DNA of 63,238 nt, filler included, from Octopus bimaculoides (lineage: Eukaryota): assembly GCF_001194135.2 (NCBI RefSeq). It is 6 parts of 4 records of this genome, joined end to end, with 100 filler letters (N's around TTAATTAATTAA, not from the genome) between each part and the next. Parts side by side here need not be neighbours in the genome. Positions count along the whole stretch, not along the records: positions 1 to 12,515 come from NC_068994.1; positions 12,616 to 36,728 come from NC_068982.1; 4 more parts are not named here. One strand, 5' to 3'. The notes under the pieces are model-generated. The model was given only the letters and a program-made list of their open reading frames with translations. It was not told the origin of the DNA and ran no database searches. Within the stretch, counting starts at the first letter, position 1. Each line of letters begins with the position of its first letter. This document shows, in pieces, positions 11,878-23,449 of this stretch. The translations under genes were made by a program, and so were the position numbers.

Positions 11878-12423
11878 TTAACAACAAACAAGATGAGGAC
11901 AAATATCCGTCAAATGTAAATAATGTAAATAATGTACATAATTCCTCATCTCTTAAATATAGAACTGTATTAGCAAATATTCTGTTCAATACCACAGATT
12001 TGCTTGTCAGTTGTTTGACCATAACCAGTTGAGCATGTCCCTTGGTGGCTGGTGATATGTGCAGCTCTGATCATAAGCAAAAGTAGTAGGGGAGCATCAT
12101 AGCCATGTGTTGAAAAGAATTCTTTGGAGCTTGAATAATTCACCTCTGGAAGCACGGGTGTTTCGTTCATCATCCTTAAACAAACCTTATTCAGGGAACT
12201 TTTGAGGGGATCGGCAATTCAGCCTGAAGAAAATTCTAACTGGACCCCACCTGCAAGGTCACGCGCTATTTATATTGATATAAGATCACCATGTCGCGAA
12301 CATGTGGTTGTGATACATGTGCCTGGTACACCCTTATCAGACGGATAGTCATGATGGGTATATTGTATAATTGTATAATTGTACCTCAGTGTCACTTTGA
12401 TGGCATCCACTGCTCTCTCACTA

Positions 12424-12515
<92 letters not shown>

Positions 12516-12615
12516 NNNNNNNNNNNNNNNNNNNNNNNNNNNNNNNNNNNNNNNNNNNNTTAATTAATTAANNNNNNNNNNNNNNNNNNNNNNNNNNNNN
12601 NNNNNNNNNNNNNNN

Positions 12616-12818
12616 ACTGTCTATGTGATCTCAGATTTTAAAGCAAACATAATTTTCTTATGGTTTCTTAAACATTCACTTGAACAAAACTGTACAAATC
12701 CAAATATATGGTACCCTAGGCATAACACCTACATGAACTTCTAACTTGTTGTCTCTTGAGGTCTCTGGGTGAGACTTGGATCCAACTTGTACAAATGCAA
12801 AACAAAAGTCAAACATAA

Positions 12819-12850
<32 letters not shown>
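12616..12850 (+). mobile_element. Second copy of the R4/Dong-like 3' UTR with (AAT)n tail
   Basis: Near-identical to 9849-10080; the last ~115 bp are identical by eye. Confidence 0.85.
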
Positions 12851-12853
<3 letters not shown>

Positions 12854-12855
<2 letters not shown>

Positions 12856-12991
12856 GTTTCAAATTTTGCCACAAGGGCAGCTATTTTGGGGGAGAGATAG
12901 TCGATTACATCGAACCCAGTCTTTAATTGGTACTTAATTTATCGACCCCAAAAGGATGGAATTTGAATTCAGACAAAATAGCGCTAAGCAT
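12854..12991 (-). mobile_element. Abundant tRNA-related SINE family (a), partial
   Basis: Shares GTCGATAAATTAAGTACC and GGCCTTGTGCCAAAATTTGAAACC-like blocks with the copy at 60676-60895. Confidence 0.75.
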
Positions 12992-13009
12992 GACTGAGTA
13001 AGCAAAAGA

Positions 13010-13440
13010 CTTGTCGTCTTCAAAACAATAGAAAGGTTGCATGAACAAGAACCAGTGACTGATAGAAAATGAAAATTACAAGACCTTGTGGGGTTTCGCC
13101 ATAAGAACTGACCATACTATTGAGGCAAGAAGACCAGACATAATTATAGAGGACAAAATAAACAAACAGTGCAAGATCATAGATTTTGCAATTCCCTCTA
13201 ATAGCAGAGTCGATACCAAAGAAATAGAAAAAAAATTGAGAAATACCAGGATCTTGAAAGAGAGCTGAAGAGATTGTAGAAAACCAAGACAACAATTATT
13301 TCTGTAGTAACTGGTGCACTTGGCACAACACCCAAATGCAACCCAAAAGACTGAAAGAAATGGGAATTGAAACTCGCATTGTCGACTTGCAGAAATGTAA
13401 CTTCCTATATTCTGCAAGAATCCAAAGAACCTTCTAAATA
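13010..13440 (+). mobile_element. R4/Dong-like LINE RLE fragment (different subfamily)
   Basis: TDHTIEARRPDIIIEDK, KIIDFAIP, KYQDLERELKRL and TGALGTTPK. Followed by (AAT)n(GAT)n. Confidence 0.85.
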
Positions 13441-13479
13441 AATTAGCATGCACTAGCGCATTGATAATAATAATAATAA

Positions 13480-13597
<118 letters not shown>

Positions 13598-14519
13598 ATA
13601 TCTCGAATACGATAATGTTCGAACTATTTTTGAATTTATTTTGTGGTAATAATAAAAGTAAAATTTCAATTACAGCTATGTATTTCCCTGTTAATTGATC
13701 TCATTAGTATAATATTGCCTTCTTAAGTAAGACTTATAAATGTGGATTTTTTTTAAAGTCGAAAATATAGGAAAATGGGTTTGTGAATGTGTGCCGTCGG
13801 TCACAGCGTGGTCAAAATTGAAGGCGATGGCGAACAGAAGCACGCGTACAACGGTTAAGATACGTACTTCTCTCTCTTGATCAGTGTAAAAACATAATGT
13901 ATGAATTGAACGAAATCAAGAAGAAAAAAAGCTTAAAAATTAGATTAGACTTTTCTTGTGTATTTGAAGTCACGATAAAGAACTGCCTAAAAAGAACTGC
14001 CTAAAAAAAACGGAAAAAACCAAGAGACTGAAGTGATTCAACATTCTACCTTTTCTCTATATTTCTAGTTTGAAATTAAAAGAAAATAGTATTCATATAC
14101 CTTAATTACTCTGTGTCTCTGTCCCTGTCTCTCTGTCTCTATTTGTCCCTCCTCTCTCTCTCACTTCTCTCTTTGTTTTAAATTTTCCGCCACCTATTTA
14201 AGTTCATAAGAATTCAAGCCAATCATGTATGTGCATATTTGTGGATATGTTTGTACATGTGTACGCAAGTGTGTTTGTATGCGAGTATGTATGCATGCAT
14301 GTACTTGTAGGTCAAGAAAGGGAGGTTCACATCATATCATTGTTTTCACCTATCCCTTTACAACCATCTCCACAATCACTACAACCACCAGCTCGTAAAT
14401 TCGATAAAGAGAGAATTACGCTGATCTGCCGAATTGCAAAAGACAGCAGTGTTTTATTTCTCTTTTGTATCATTTCATAACAAGAGTTATTGTTAGAATT
14501 ATAGAATATAGATTTCTGA

Positions 14520-14715
14520 ATAGGAACAAGGTCTCAAATTTGTGATCAAGTCCATTAAATCGAACAGGTATTTGACTAGTGATTTATTTTATCGACTCTT
14601 GAAGGACGAAAGGCAAAGTTAATCTCATAAAGATTTGAATTCAGAACGGAAAGGGCCATAAGTAAATTCCTAAAGGCATTTGTTCAACGCCCTAAGGATT
14701 CTACCATTCTACGGA
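14520..14715 (-). mobile_element. SINE family (a), degraded
   Basis: TTTATCGAC...GAAAGGCAAAGT...GATTTGAATTCAGAACG block. Confidence 0.65.
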
Positions 14716-14890
14716 AAAAATCAAATAATAAAATATGTTTACGATGGCATGGACGTTAATAATTCTATTTAATTCTAAAACTTAAATACTTTCAAACTAG
14801 AAACGAATTGTACCATGAAAATTATAATTCAGAAATATGTTCTCAAATGCTTCGATATATTAGATGCTTACTGAATTATGCTAGTTTCAG

Positions 14891-15003
14891 CTGGGGACCT
14901 CAATCTTTCTCGAAAAAATCAATGAAACTTTGGATCACGATAGTTTGTTGTCAACAATTCTTAATTATAGAATTAGAAATGAAATACACACAAATGTCCC
15001 AAA
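14891..15003 (+). CDS. Exon C (LGTSIFLEKINETLDHDSLLSTILNYRIRNEIHTNVP)
   Basis: Acceptor gctagtttcag, phase-0 start matches exon B. IFLEKI corresponds to PLAT WFLEKV. Donor AA|gttagc (phase 2). Confidence 0.6.
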
Positions 15004-15664
15004 GTTAGCTTACTAAAATTTGTTGAATACACTGGTAAAATGTCATCTCATTTACTCCCCTGCTGGTGCTCTCCAAGAGTCCATTGCAAGATCTAACGAC
15101 ATATTTACGGCCTCAAAACTTTTTGATTCTTTTCTTTATGCAGCTGACTGATTCCTACTTTTAAACTTCAATCGAGCAAATACTAGGTGGATCAAAATCA
15201 CGAAGGGTTTTAATATTTAATAACTCATGTATTTTAATTTTAAATTTATAATACAGGACATACAGGAATTCTCTTGAGATAGCATCTCTTACGGACGTAT
15301 TGTGTTAAAACAATAAATGTCAGAGAGACGAAACTTCCTCCCAACAGAGGTGAGTGAAAATGCAAGAAGCATTTCGACTTGTTTGCACTTTTTCAAAGGG
15401 GTGTACACGCAGCGAGGCACATGTTCCGGTGAGAATTCTTCGCCTGTAATATAAGAAAAAAAACGAGTAAAATCTGCAGTGATGTTGTGGATAGCCAGCC
15501 AGCTGAATAAAAATTTGGTCCACGCAACTTATTGTGACATGCAGGCACTGCAATAACGCGATTCAGAGTGGTTGGCTGTCCATTCGACTGCCGTCCTTCC
15601 AACCACCGAGCCTGCCCGTTTGATACCAGGATCATAAAATAGGAATAATTCAGAGCATGCCTAC

Positions 15665-15930
15665 AGTAATGTCGTGCGTATAATTATTAGTGCGTTGGGA
15701 ACGGTAAGCAAAGATATAGACAAATGGTTGAAGGAGACTGAAATAGAATGCCCAGTAGAACTTCTACAGAAAGTTTGTCTCTCAAGGACAGCAAAGATTA
15801 TCAGGAGGATTCTAAGCACTTGAAAGATTGCTGAAGACTTGTGGATACCTAAGGTTACTAGTAGTAACCCGCTACATACACAAATCCTACCAGGAATAAG
15901 ACCAAACCTGAGCCAAACCAAAATAATAAT
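15665..15930 (+). mobile_element. R4/Dong-like LINE 3' end
   Basis: IISALGTVSKDIDKWLKE...LLQKVCL.RTAKIIRRILST*, followed by an (AAT)n tail. Confidence 0.8.
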
Positions 15931-15936
15931 AATAAT

Positions 15937-16386
15937 GGTTTCAAATTTTAGCACAAGGCCAGTAATTTCGGAGAGGGTGTAAGTTGACTCCAGTGTTCAA
16001 CTTGTACGTATTTTATCGATTCCAAAAATGATTTTAAAAAAGGGCGAAGTCGACGGAATATGATATGAGAAGTGAAGATGGACGAAATGCTGCTAAGCAT
16101 CTTATCTGGCGTTCTAACGATTCTGCCAGCTCACCGTCGAAAGAATAATGATAATACCAAAATAATAATATTAACAACAACAAAAAATAATGATAATAAT
16201 AATCCTTTCTACTATAGGCACAAGGCTCGAAATTTTGGAGGAGGGGTTAAGTCGATTATATCGATTCCAGTACTCAACTGGTACTTAATTTATCGTGCTC
16301 GATAGGATGAAAGGCAAAGTCGACCTCGGCGGAATTTGAATTCAGAATATAAAGACGGACAAAATGCCGCTAAGCATTTTACCAGG
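15937..16386 (-). mobile_element. Two tandem SINE family (a) copies
   Basis: Two blocks (15937-16138 and 16201-16386) with GCAAAGTCGACCTCGGCGGAATTTGAA...GCTAAGCATTT. Confidence 0.8.
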
Positions 16387-16929
16387 CAACAATAGTAACA
16401 ACAATCACAGCAGCAGCTGCAATAACAAGAATAACGGTGACTTTACAGGCAGACGGTGTTTTACTGGAATGGTTAAGAAATGAACACAATACTGCTGGTT
16501 TTCCCTAAACGACAAAGAAGTAAATTCTGAAGATGGCACAAGCGAAAAAAATTGTGAAGATGAATAAGAAGGAGAGCACAAGTTGACCTCCCAGCCGAGG
16601 TTTTGGCAACAATTGCCTGGAAGACAGTGGTGTATCGCTGTGTGTCGGCTAAATCCTGACGTCTAGAAGCCGTCACATACGCCCAGGTGGAAAAAAAAAG
16701 CCTTCAAAGAAATATGGGTGGATATAAATAATCTGACCAGAATAAGACTGTTCAGGAGCGTGGAGGTACTCTTCAACAGCGAAGGTCTTACACAGAAACA
16801 CTTCGTAATTCCCATACGCGACCGGGAACTCACCCTCTACACAACATATTTAGGGAAAAAGACCTGTGACATTTAGATAGAGTTACACCTAGTTTGGATA
16901 ACTGGTGGTATTTGGCATGTATTACTTTG

Positions 16930-17680
16930 GATGGCAGTGACACCCTCTTCGAAGTAAAATAAACGTAGAGATGGAGAACCAGCATACTCCCAAGTCTGGC
17001 ACATGCTTCCTAAAGCTACCACATTTTGACGACAGAACTATTGCAGCGATACAACACGCAGTTCGCAGGGAAGGACTCGACATACAGATAGTGCACACCG
17101 GACCTTCCCTGAGAAAAGCTCTGTCCAAGAACAACATCTCTCACTACTCTGAGGAGTGCACATTGTCGAACTGACCCTGAATTGTGCCAGAGGACCTATG
17201 TCGTATATGTGATCATCTGTGGCAAATGTGGCGCATCCTACATCGGACGCACGACAAGAAAACTGCATGTACGCATTAAAGAAGACATGCAGGCAGACAC
17301 TATCGTGAAGAAACATCTACGGAAATGCCAGACCCGAGAGTTAACAATGCACATCAAGGCAACACAGCAGAACAGGGGCAACATTAGAATCTCTGAGGCT
17401 ACCCTCATACACCAAAAGAAACCCAAGATCAATAATACAAGGGAGTTACAGGAACCTAGCTGGTTGCTATAGCAACACCCTTCTGCGCATGTCCATTCAC
17501 ATACACACGCACATTCGGGAGCATTCGTTAATATCTTGAAAACGGGGTCATAACCCCGAAATATTGAATACGAGGTAAGTCTACATTAATTCACATATTT
17601 GTTTTCTTGTGATTTACCTTGCAATTACTTCGCATTGTTTTGGCCTTTCCCACGATCTTTTATACAATATATATATACCT
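16930..17680 (+). mobile_element. Penelope-like element 3' part with GIY-YIG endonuclease remnant and pLTR-like end
   Basis: VVYVIICGKCGASYIGRTTRKLHVRIKE...KHLRKC...ISEATLIHQKKPKINN is a GIY-YIG signature. Homologous to 100-1180. Confidence 0.9.
17463..17476. promoter_or_regulatory. RFX X-box motif at PLE ORF end
   Basis: Perfect palindrome GTTGCTATAGCAAC at the same position as 307-320 in the other copy. Confidence 0.5.
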
Positions 17681-17734
17681 TGTATATATGTATGAATGTA
17701 TATGTATATCATATATGTCGTGTGTTAATAATTC

Positions 17735-18253
17735 TGTATTTTTTATTCGTTTCAGTCATTTGACGGCTGCCATGCTGGGGCACCGTCTTTAGTCGAGCAA
17801 ATCAACCTCAGGACTTATTGTTTGTAAGCTTAGTACTTATTCTATCGGTCTATTTTACCGAATCGCTAAGTTACGGGGACGTAAACACACCAGTATCAGT
17901 TGTCAAGCGATGTTGGGGAGGACAAACACAGGCACACAAATATATATATATATATATATATATANNNNNNNNNNNNNNNNNNNNNNNNNNNNNNNNNNNN
18001 NNNNNNNNNNNNNNNNNNNNNNNNNNNNNNNNNNNNNNNNNNNNNNNNNNNNNNNNNNNNNNNNNNNNNNNNNNNNNAGCGAGAGTAAAAACAGTCAATA
18101 GACTATGTATTATTCATTAGAAATGCAGAGACGCCTATAATAGGACATCTACTCGCTAGAAATAGCAGCAAAAATACAGTATGTATGTAGTATTTTTGCT
18201 GCTATTTCTAGCGAGTAGATGTCCTATTATAGGCGTCTCTGCATTTCTAATGA

Positions 18254-18293
<40 letters not shown>

Positions 18294-18420
18294 ACGATAC
18301 GCTTTCAGATTCCGTCTATCAAATTCACTTACAAGGCTTTGGTCGGCCCGAGGCTACAGTAGAAGGCACTTGCACAAGGTGCCATGTAGTTAGTAAGCAA
18401 GCTACTTACCATAGAGTCAC
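17735..18420 (-). mobile_element. Composite SINE (tRNA/CORE-like head b, internal microsatellite, tail c), split by a gap and a hairpin insertion
   Basis: Tail 17735-17940 (CAGTCATTTGAC...GTCGAGCAAATCAAC) and head 18290-18420 (ACAAGGCTTTGGTCGGCCCGAGGCTA). Same arrangement at 40465-40870. Confidence 0.75.
18111..18256. repeat. Perfect 67-bp inverted repeat with 12-nt loop (MITE-like)
   Basis: 18111-18177 is the exact reverse complement of 18190-18256. Confidence 0.95.
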
Positions 18421-18874
18421 TCCTGTGTATTTTTTGCTAGATTTATATTATTTGCTTCCTGAGTAGCCAATATCATTTAAATTGCTTGCACAGAAATCGT
18501 GCATTAACTGTGAATATTCGAATGGTGAAATGTATATATTTGCATATACGTACAGATCACATCTATTTACATAGGGACAAAAAGCACGCAAAAGTACGCA
18601 CAGACCCATTCCTTGTGTTGTCTCTTTCTTTCTTTCCATCCTTCTAATTAATATATACGTATCGAGAGATGTTATACCTATTTTCGTAGTTTGCACGTGC
18701 TCAGTAGATATTTGCATATAAATTATAGAAAACACGATGTCCTTCCTTAGAAATAACCACTAAACCGTTAACTTTGGTAAGCTGTCATTATCATACATTT
18801 GGCTGTGGATCTCCGTCGTTAATAAATGCAATAAACTGTTCTGGAATTAACGTGTGCCCTTGGCGTACGGAATC

Positions 18875-19019
<145 letters not shown>

Positions 19020-19406
19020 ATCTCACACGCACACACACATCAGCATATTATGTTTTACGAAGTTCTGAGGAATCATCACCGCCATATGCTACAAAAGAAA
19101 TCCTATGTAGTATGTGGAAATTAATCGACAGCTTCCGACATGGCTACAACCTGAAACAGGAGGATTACATTGGTTAACGATGAAACGATTGTAAACGATG
19201 TATTATGATGATTTACTATATTGTTCAATAGGTATTTTTCCAGTCTCTCTCTCTTTCCCTCTCCACGCACGCGCACACGCACACGCACACACACACACGC
19301 ATACACACACACAAGCATGCACAAGCGAGTGGACAAACGAAGGAAAAAGGCACTCAACATGTTTAGCAGGAGTTACACATACTGTAATTTAAAACAGGTT
19401 GATTCT

Positions 19407-19686
19407 GCTCCATGCAACTTAGTTTCCTAGGCTTCCAACACAAATCCTGCTCGTTCAGGGTAGGATTATTAGATCAAGAAACACACGAAGTTCAAAATGA
19501 CTGTTGTAAATGCAAGATGGCTACTGGAAAATGGGCTGCTATTGTCGCATGTGACCCGCCTGGACTAGTAGCAACTCATTATTTAGTAGCCATTCTTGGA
19601 CTTCCTGTGTCTCTTCATTCGGTAATCCATGCCTGAACGAGCCGGATTTCTGTTAGAAGCGTGCGGAGCTTTAAGTCGCATGGAGC
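19407..19686. mobile_element. ~280-bp imperfect palindrome (old MITE-like element)
   Basis: GCTCCATGCAACTTA...AAATCCTGCTCGTTCAGGGTAGGATT pairs with AATCCATGCCTGAACGAGCCGGATTT...TAAGTCGCATGGAGC. Confidence 0.7.
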
Positions 19687-19708
19687 TGAAGAAAATTATT
19701 TTAAATAG

Positions 19709-19743
<35 letters not shown>

Positions 19744-20455
19744 NNNNNNNNNNNNNNNNNNNNNNNNNNNNNNNNNNNNNNNNNNNNNNNNNNNNNNNNN
19801 NNNNNNNNNNNNNNNNNNNNNNNNNNNNNNNNNNNNNNNNNNNNNNNNNNNNNNNNNNNNNNNNNNNNNNNNNNNNNNNNNNNNNNNNNNNNNNNNNNNN
19901 NNNNNNNNNNNNNNNNNNNNNNNNNNNNNNNNNNNNNNNNNNNNNNNNNNNNNNNNNNNNNNNNNNNNNNNNNNNNNNNNNNNNNNNNNNNNNNNNNNNN
20001 NNNNNNNNNNNNNNNNNNNNNNNNNNNNNNNNNNNNNNNNNNNNNNNNNNNNNNNNNNNNNNNNNNNNNNNNNNNNNNNNNNNNNNNNNNNNNNNNNNNN
20101 NNNNNNNNNNNNNNNNNNNNNNNNNNNNNNNNNNNNNNNNNNNNNNNNNNNNNNNNNNNNNNNNNNNNNNNNNNNNNNNNNNNNNNNNNNNNNNNNNNNN
20201 NNNNNNNNNNNNNNNNNNNNNNNNNNNNNNNNNNNNNNNNNNNNNNNNNNNNNNNNNNNNNNNNNNNNNNNNNNNNNNNNNNNNNNNNNNNNNNNNNNNN
20301 NNNNNNNNNNNNNNNNNNNNNNNNNNNNNNNNNNNNNNNNNNNNNNNNNNNNNNNNNNNNNNNNNNNNNNNNNNGGGTTCGATTAGTTCGACTAAAGGTG
20401 ATGGTCCAGCATGCCCACAGTCAAATGACTGAAACAAGTAAAAGAATAAAAGAAA

Positions 20456-20502
<47 letters not shown>

Positions 20503-20505
<3 letters not shown>

Positions 20506-21040
20506 GAGGGGGAAAGAAACTGGAAGTTTGCAATACTATTTTATTCACTTAGTTTTACATGTTTACGCTTTTATCGCCTTCAACGTATTCTCCATTTGAA
20601 GCAATGCATCAGTCCAGATGCATTTTCCACTGTTGGAATCAATCCTGGAACTCTTGTGAAGTGACGCCTTTTAACGCCTCCCCTGTTTTTTTCCCACATC
20701 TTCCGCATCTGCAAAACGTTTTCCTCTAAGAAAAAAGTTGCAGGGAACAAGATCGGGCGAATAGGGAAGTTGGTAAGCAAGATCATGCCATTTTTGGCAA
20801 ACAACTTCTCACATACGAAGCGGTGTGCGCAGGTGCATTGTCGTGATGAAACCACCACTCTCCAATTTACTTCAGGACTGCCAAGTAAAATGTCTGGTTA
20901 ACAGTTTGACCAGGAAGAACAAATACTGTGTGGACAATTCCTTTCGCATCGATGAAACAAATCAGCATCGTCTTGACATTGGACTTCACTTGGCGTGTTT
21001 TTTGAGGGCGTGGTGACATTGAATGCTTCCATTGACTTGA
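20503..21040 (-). mobile_element. Mariner transposase 3' remnant with TIR-like end
   Basis: FHHDNAPAH, PYSPDLVPCNFF, GKRF and FQQWK...CIASNGEYVEGDK. TIR-like ACGAGGGGG next to a TA tract. Confidence 0.9.
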
Positions 21041-21043
21041 TTG

Positions 21044-21184
21044 CTGCTTCGTTTCAATAAGTAGTTGGGAATTTCTAAAATATGTTGTTTAATGCCAAGA
21101 AAATTGTCACATTCATACTATTTTCTTGACATTAAACAACATGTTTTGGAAATTCCCAACTACTTATTGGTTTGACAGAAGCAT
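21044..21184. repeat. ~50-bp inverted repeat with 15-nt spacer at the mariner breakpoint
   Basis: 21055-21104 versus 21120-21169 with 3 mismatches, all transitions. Confidence 0.9.
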
Positions 21185-21364
21185 ATATGTAGGTTCCTCT
21201 TACGTTTTTTTATTAACTTTTTTGAGCTCTCAACTTCCAATTTATTTGTAATGTCTTTAAAAAAACATCATCTTTCTACAACATGCAAATAAATCAGTAA
21301 TTACAGTACATCCATATATTCTCCATTTTCTTCTCCTTGCTCCCCCCCCCCCNNNNNNNNNNNN

Positions 21365-21419
<55 letters not shown>

Positions 21420-22891
21420 ATATATATATATATATACATATACATATCTTTTTTAGTGGACATACATTCAACTCTACATGGTAAATAGGCCATATGGCTA
21501 AAACACGGGGCTTTCTCTGCAAACTGGCAAACTCATAGTTTTACTTAAAAGTGCACATCTTAATTTATATAAAACAGACGAATATTTGGTAGTTTTCTCT
21601 CTGAAATTACCCAGAAATTAGCTAGCGCTATGACAACAATATTTATATGGATGAAATAGAAAGGAATAGAGGAATCTCGGATATATCATACTGGGTAGAT
21701 AGCACATATGCATATATAATCTTTAATCCAGGACATAATATTATGCTTCGGTGCGTAGATGAATGCTTGTCGCTCGCCGTGAAATGGAAAACCGAATATC
21801 GTTGGCAAGGTACACACACACACACGCGCGCGCACACACACAGACACAAATATATATGTGCGTATGTGCGTGTATATATGTATATATGTATATATGTGTA
21901 TGCTTCAGTGTATCTGTCTGTGTGTATGTATGTAGACACACGTATATATATAGAGACACGTAGGTTCAAATACAGCTTTGATTACATACATTAATACACG
22001 TGTGTATACACACATCCACACACATATACACACACACATACACATGCAGACATTGTATGCGACACGTGCTTATCATCAATATATTTATATATAGACACGC
22101 AGACGCTGCACACACACCTACACATGCACATGTACGTATGAATGTGTGCAAGAGCGTTAATGCGCGCGTGCGCGTGTATGCGTGTGCGTGTATGCGTGTG
22201 TGTGTGTGTGGCTTTGGGTGTTGAGGTGGCTGGGTGAATTTAAATTACGATCTAATTTAAATACATGGATGAGCCATATCTGAAACTATCAGCCGCATCA
22301 ATATCGTTAGCCTGGAATAAAATAAAAATGAAAAAAAAAAAAAAAATCGAAATCTGTCTTCTTCCTATTTCTACAAAAGAATGAGCTTCTACGTGGTCGG
22401 TTGCCCTTTTGCAAATAGCAGCTAAATTGTCTGCAAATTAGACAGTACCATTTAAAAGAAGTAAACATTGAACAGCGCTTTATGCGTACGCTATGACTAA
22501 AAAAATGTCAAGGTGGTAATGACTGGAACATCCTTGGTTATAGATCTGTTCGTGTACACACACACACACACACACGCAGACATATACGCAGACAGACACA
22601 CGTTAGTGAACCTAACACGCCACCCGCTTCAACACCAGTACCTCGAAGGAACATAGAATACTCTATGTGGTTGATCGTGTTCCAGTGTTCTCCCTGCCAT
22701 CTTAAAAATTGATCAACTTACCAGATGCGTTAGTTCTGAATATGAAATACTAAAAACGAAGACATGTTGGTTGCAGATTGAAAGCAGCAACGGTCTTACA
22801 CATAAAGAAAATTTGAAATAGACAATCCTACAAATAAACTTGAAAATCTATAAAAATAAATATGCTTAACAGTATAATTCCTGTCTCTCAG

Positions 22892-23027
22892 TGAGAACCT
22901 ATTAAACATTGTCATTTACAAAAATTTCGTGTAGCTACAGTATGAATCAGAAGCGATAAGAGCAGCAATAACAGAAAAGGAAACCGGATTTACTGGTATT
23001 ATCTCCCTTCACCGACGTCGCTTTCGG
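22892..23027 (+). CDS. Candidate exon with in-frame TAG (ENLLNIVIYKNFV*LQYESEAIRAAITEKETGFTGIISLHRRRF)
   Basis: Acceptor taattcctgtctctcag. Only the phase-2 frame is usable, matching the exon C end. Loosely parallels exon B. TAG at 22932-22934; donor uncertain. Confidence 0.25.
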
Positions 23028-23449
23028 TTGAGAATACATTAAAATATACAAACCGTTTGCTCATAAACATAACACTAACAAATTAAATATTCATACTACA
23101 ATATAAAACTAATGTCCTTAGAGACTTACCTATGAAGCTAAAAGTATGTGTATCATAAAACTGACACTGTGATAGATCAGGAAATACATGATGATACTCA
23201 CAATGCAGAACTCTTCAGGATAAGCCACAGTGGAGGTCTCATAATATACACAAAGTCTTAAATACAGTTCAAGGCTAGAATAACACTTCAACATGTCATG
23301 TCCATAATAACACATCATATACAATATGAAACCCACCATTATGAAACACGTATGCTCACATACTTTCGCACATACGAGTGCACACACGCGTAGACACACA
23401 CGCGAGCGCACACGCGCGTAAATACATATCCAAACACGCACACATATAT

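Noticed and set aside
12560-12571. TTAATTAATTAA between N-runs (also 36773, 45321, 55817, 60495)
   Set aside because: An identical stop-in-all-frames 12-mer always embedded in gaps; an assembly linker, not biology.
15257-15349. Exon-like segment with a strong GAG|gtgagt donor
   Set aside because: All three frames from the best acceptor contain stops, so it cannot continue exon C as coding. UTR or other use is not excluded.
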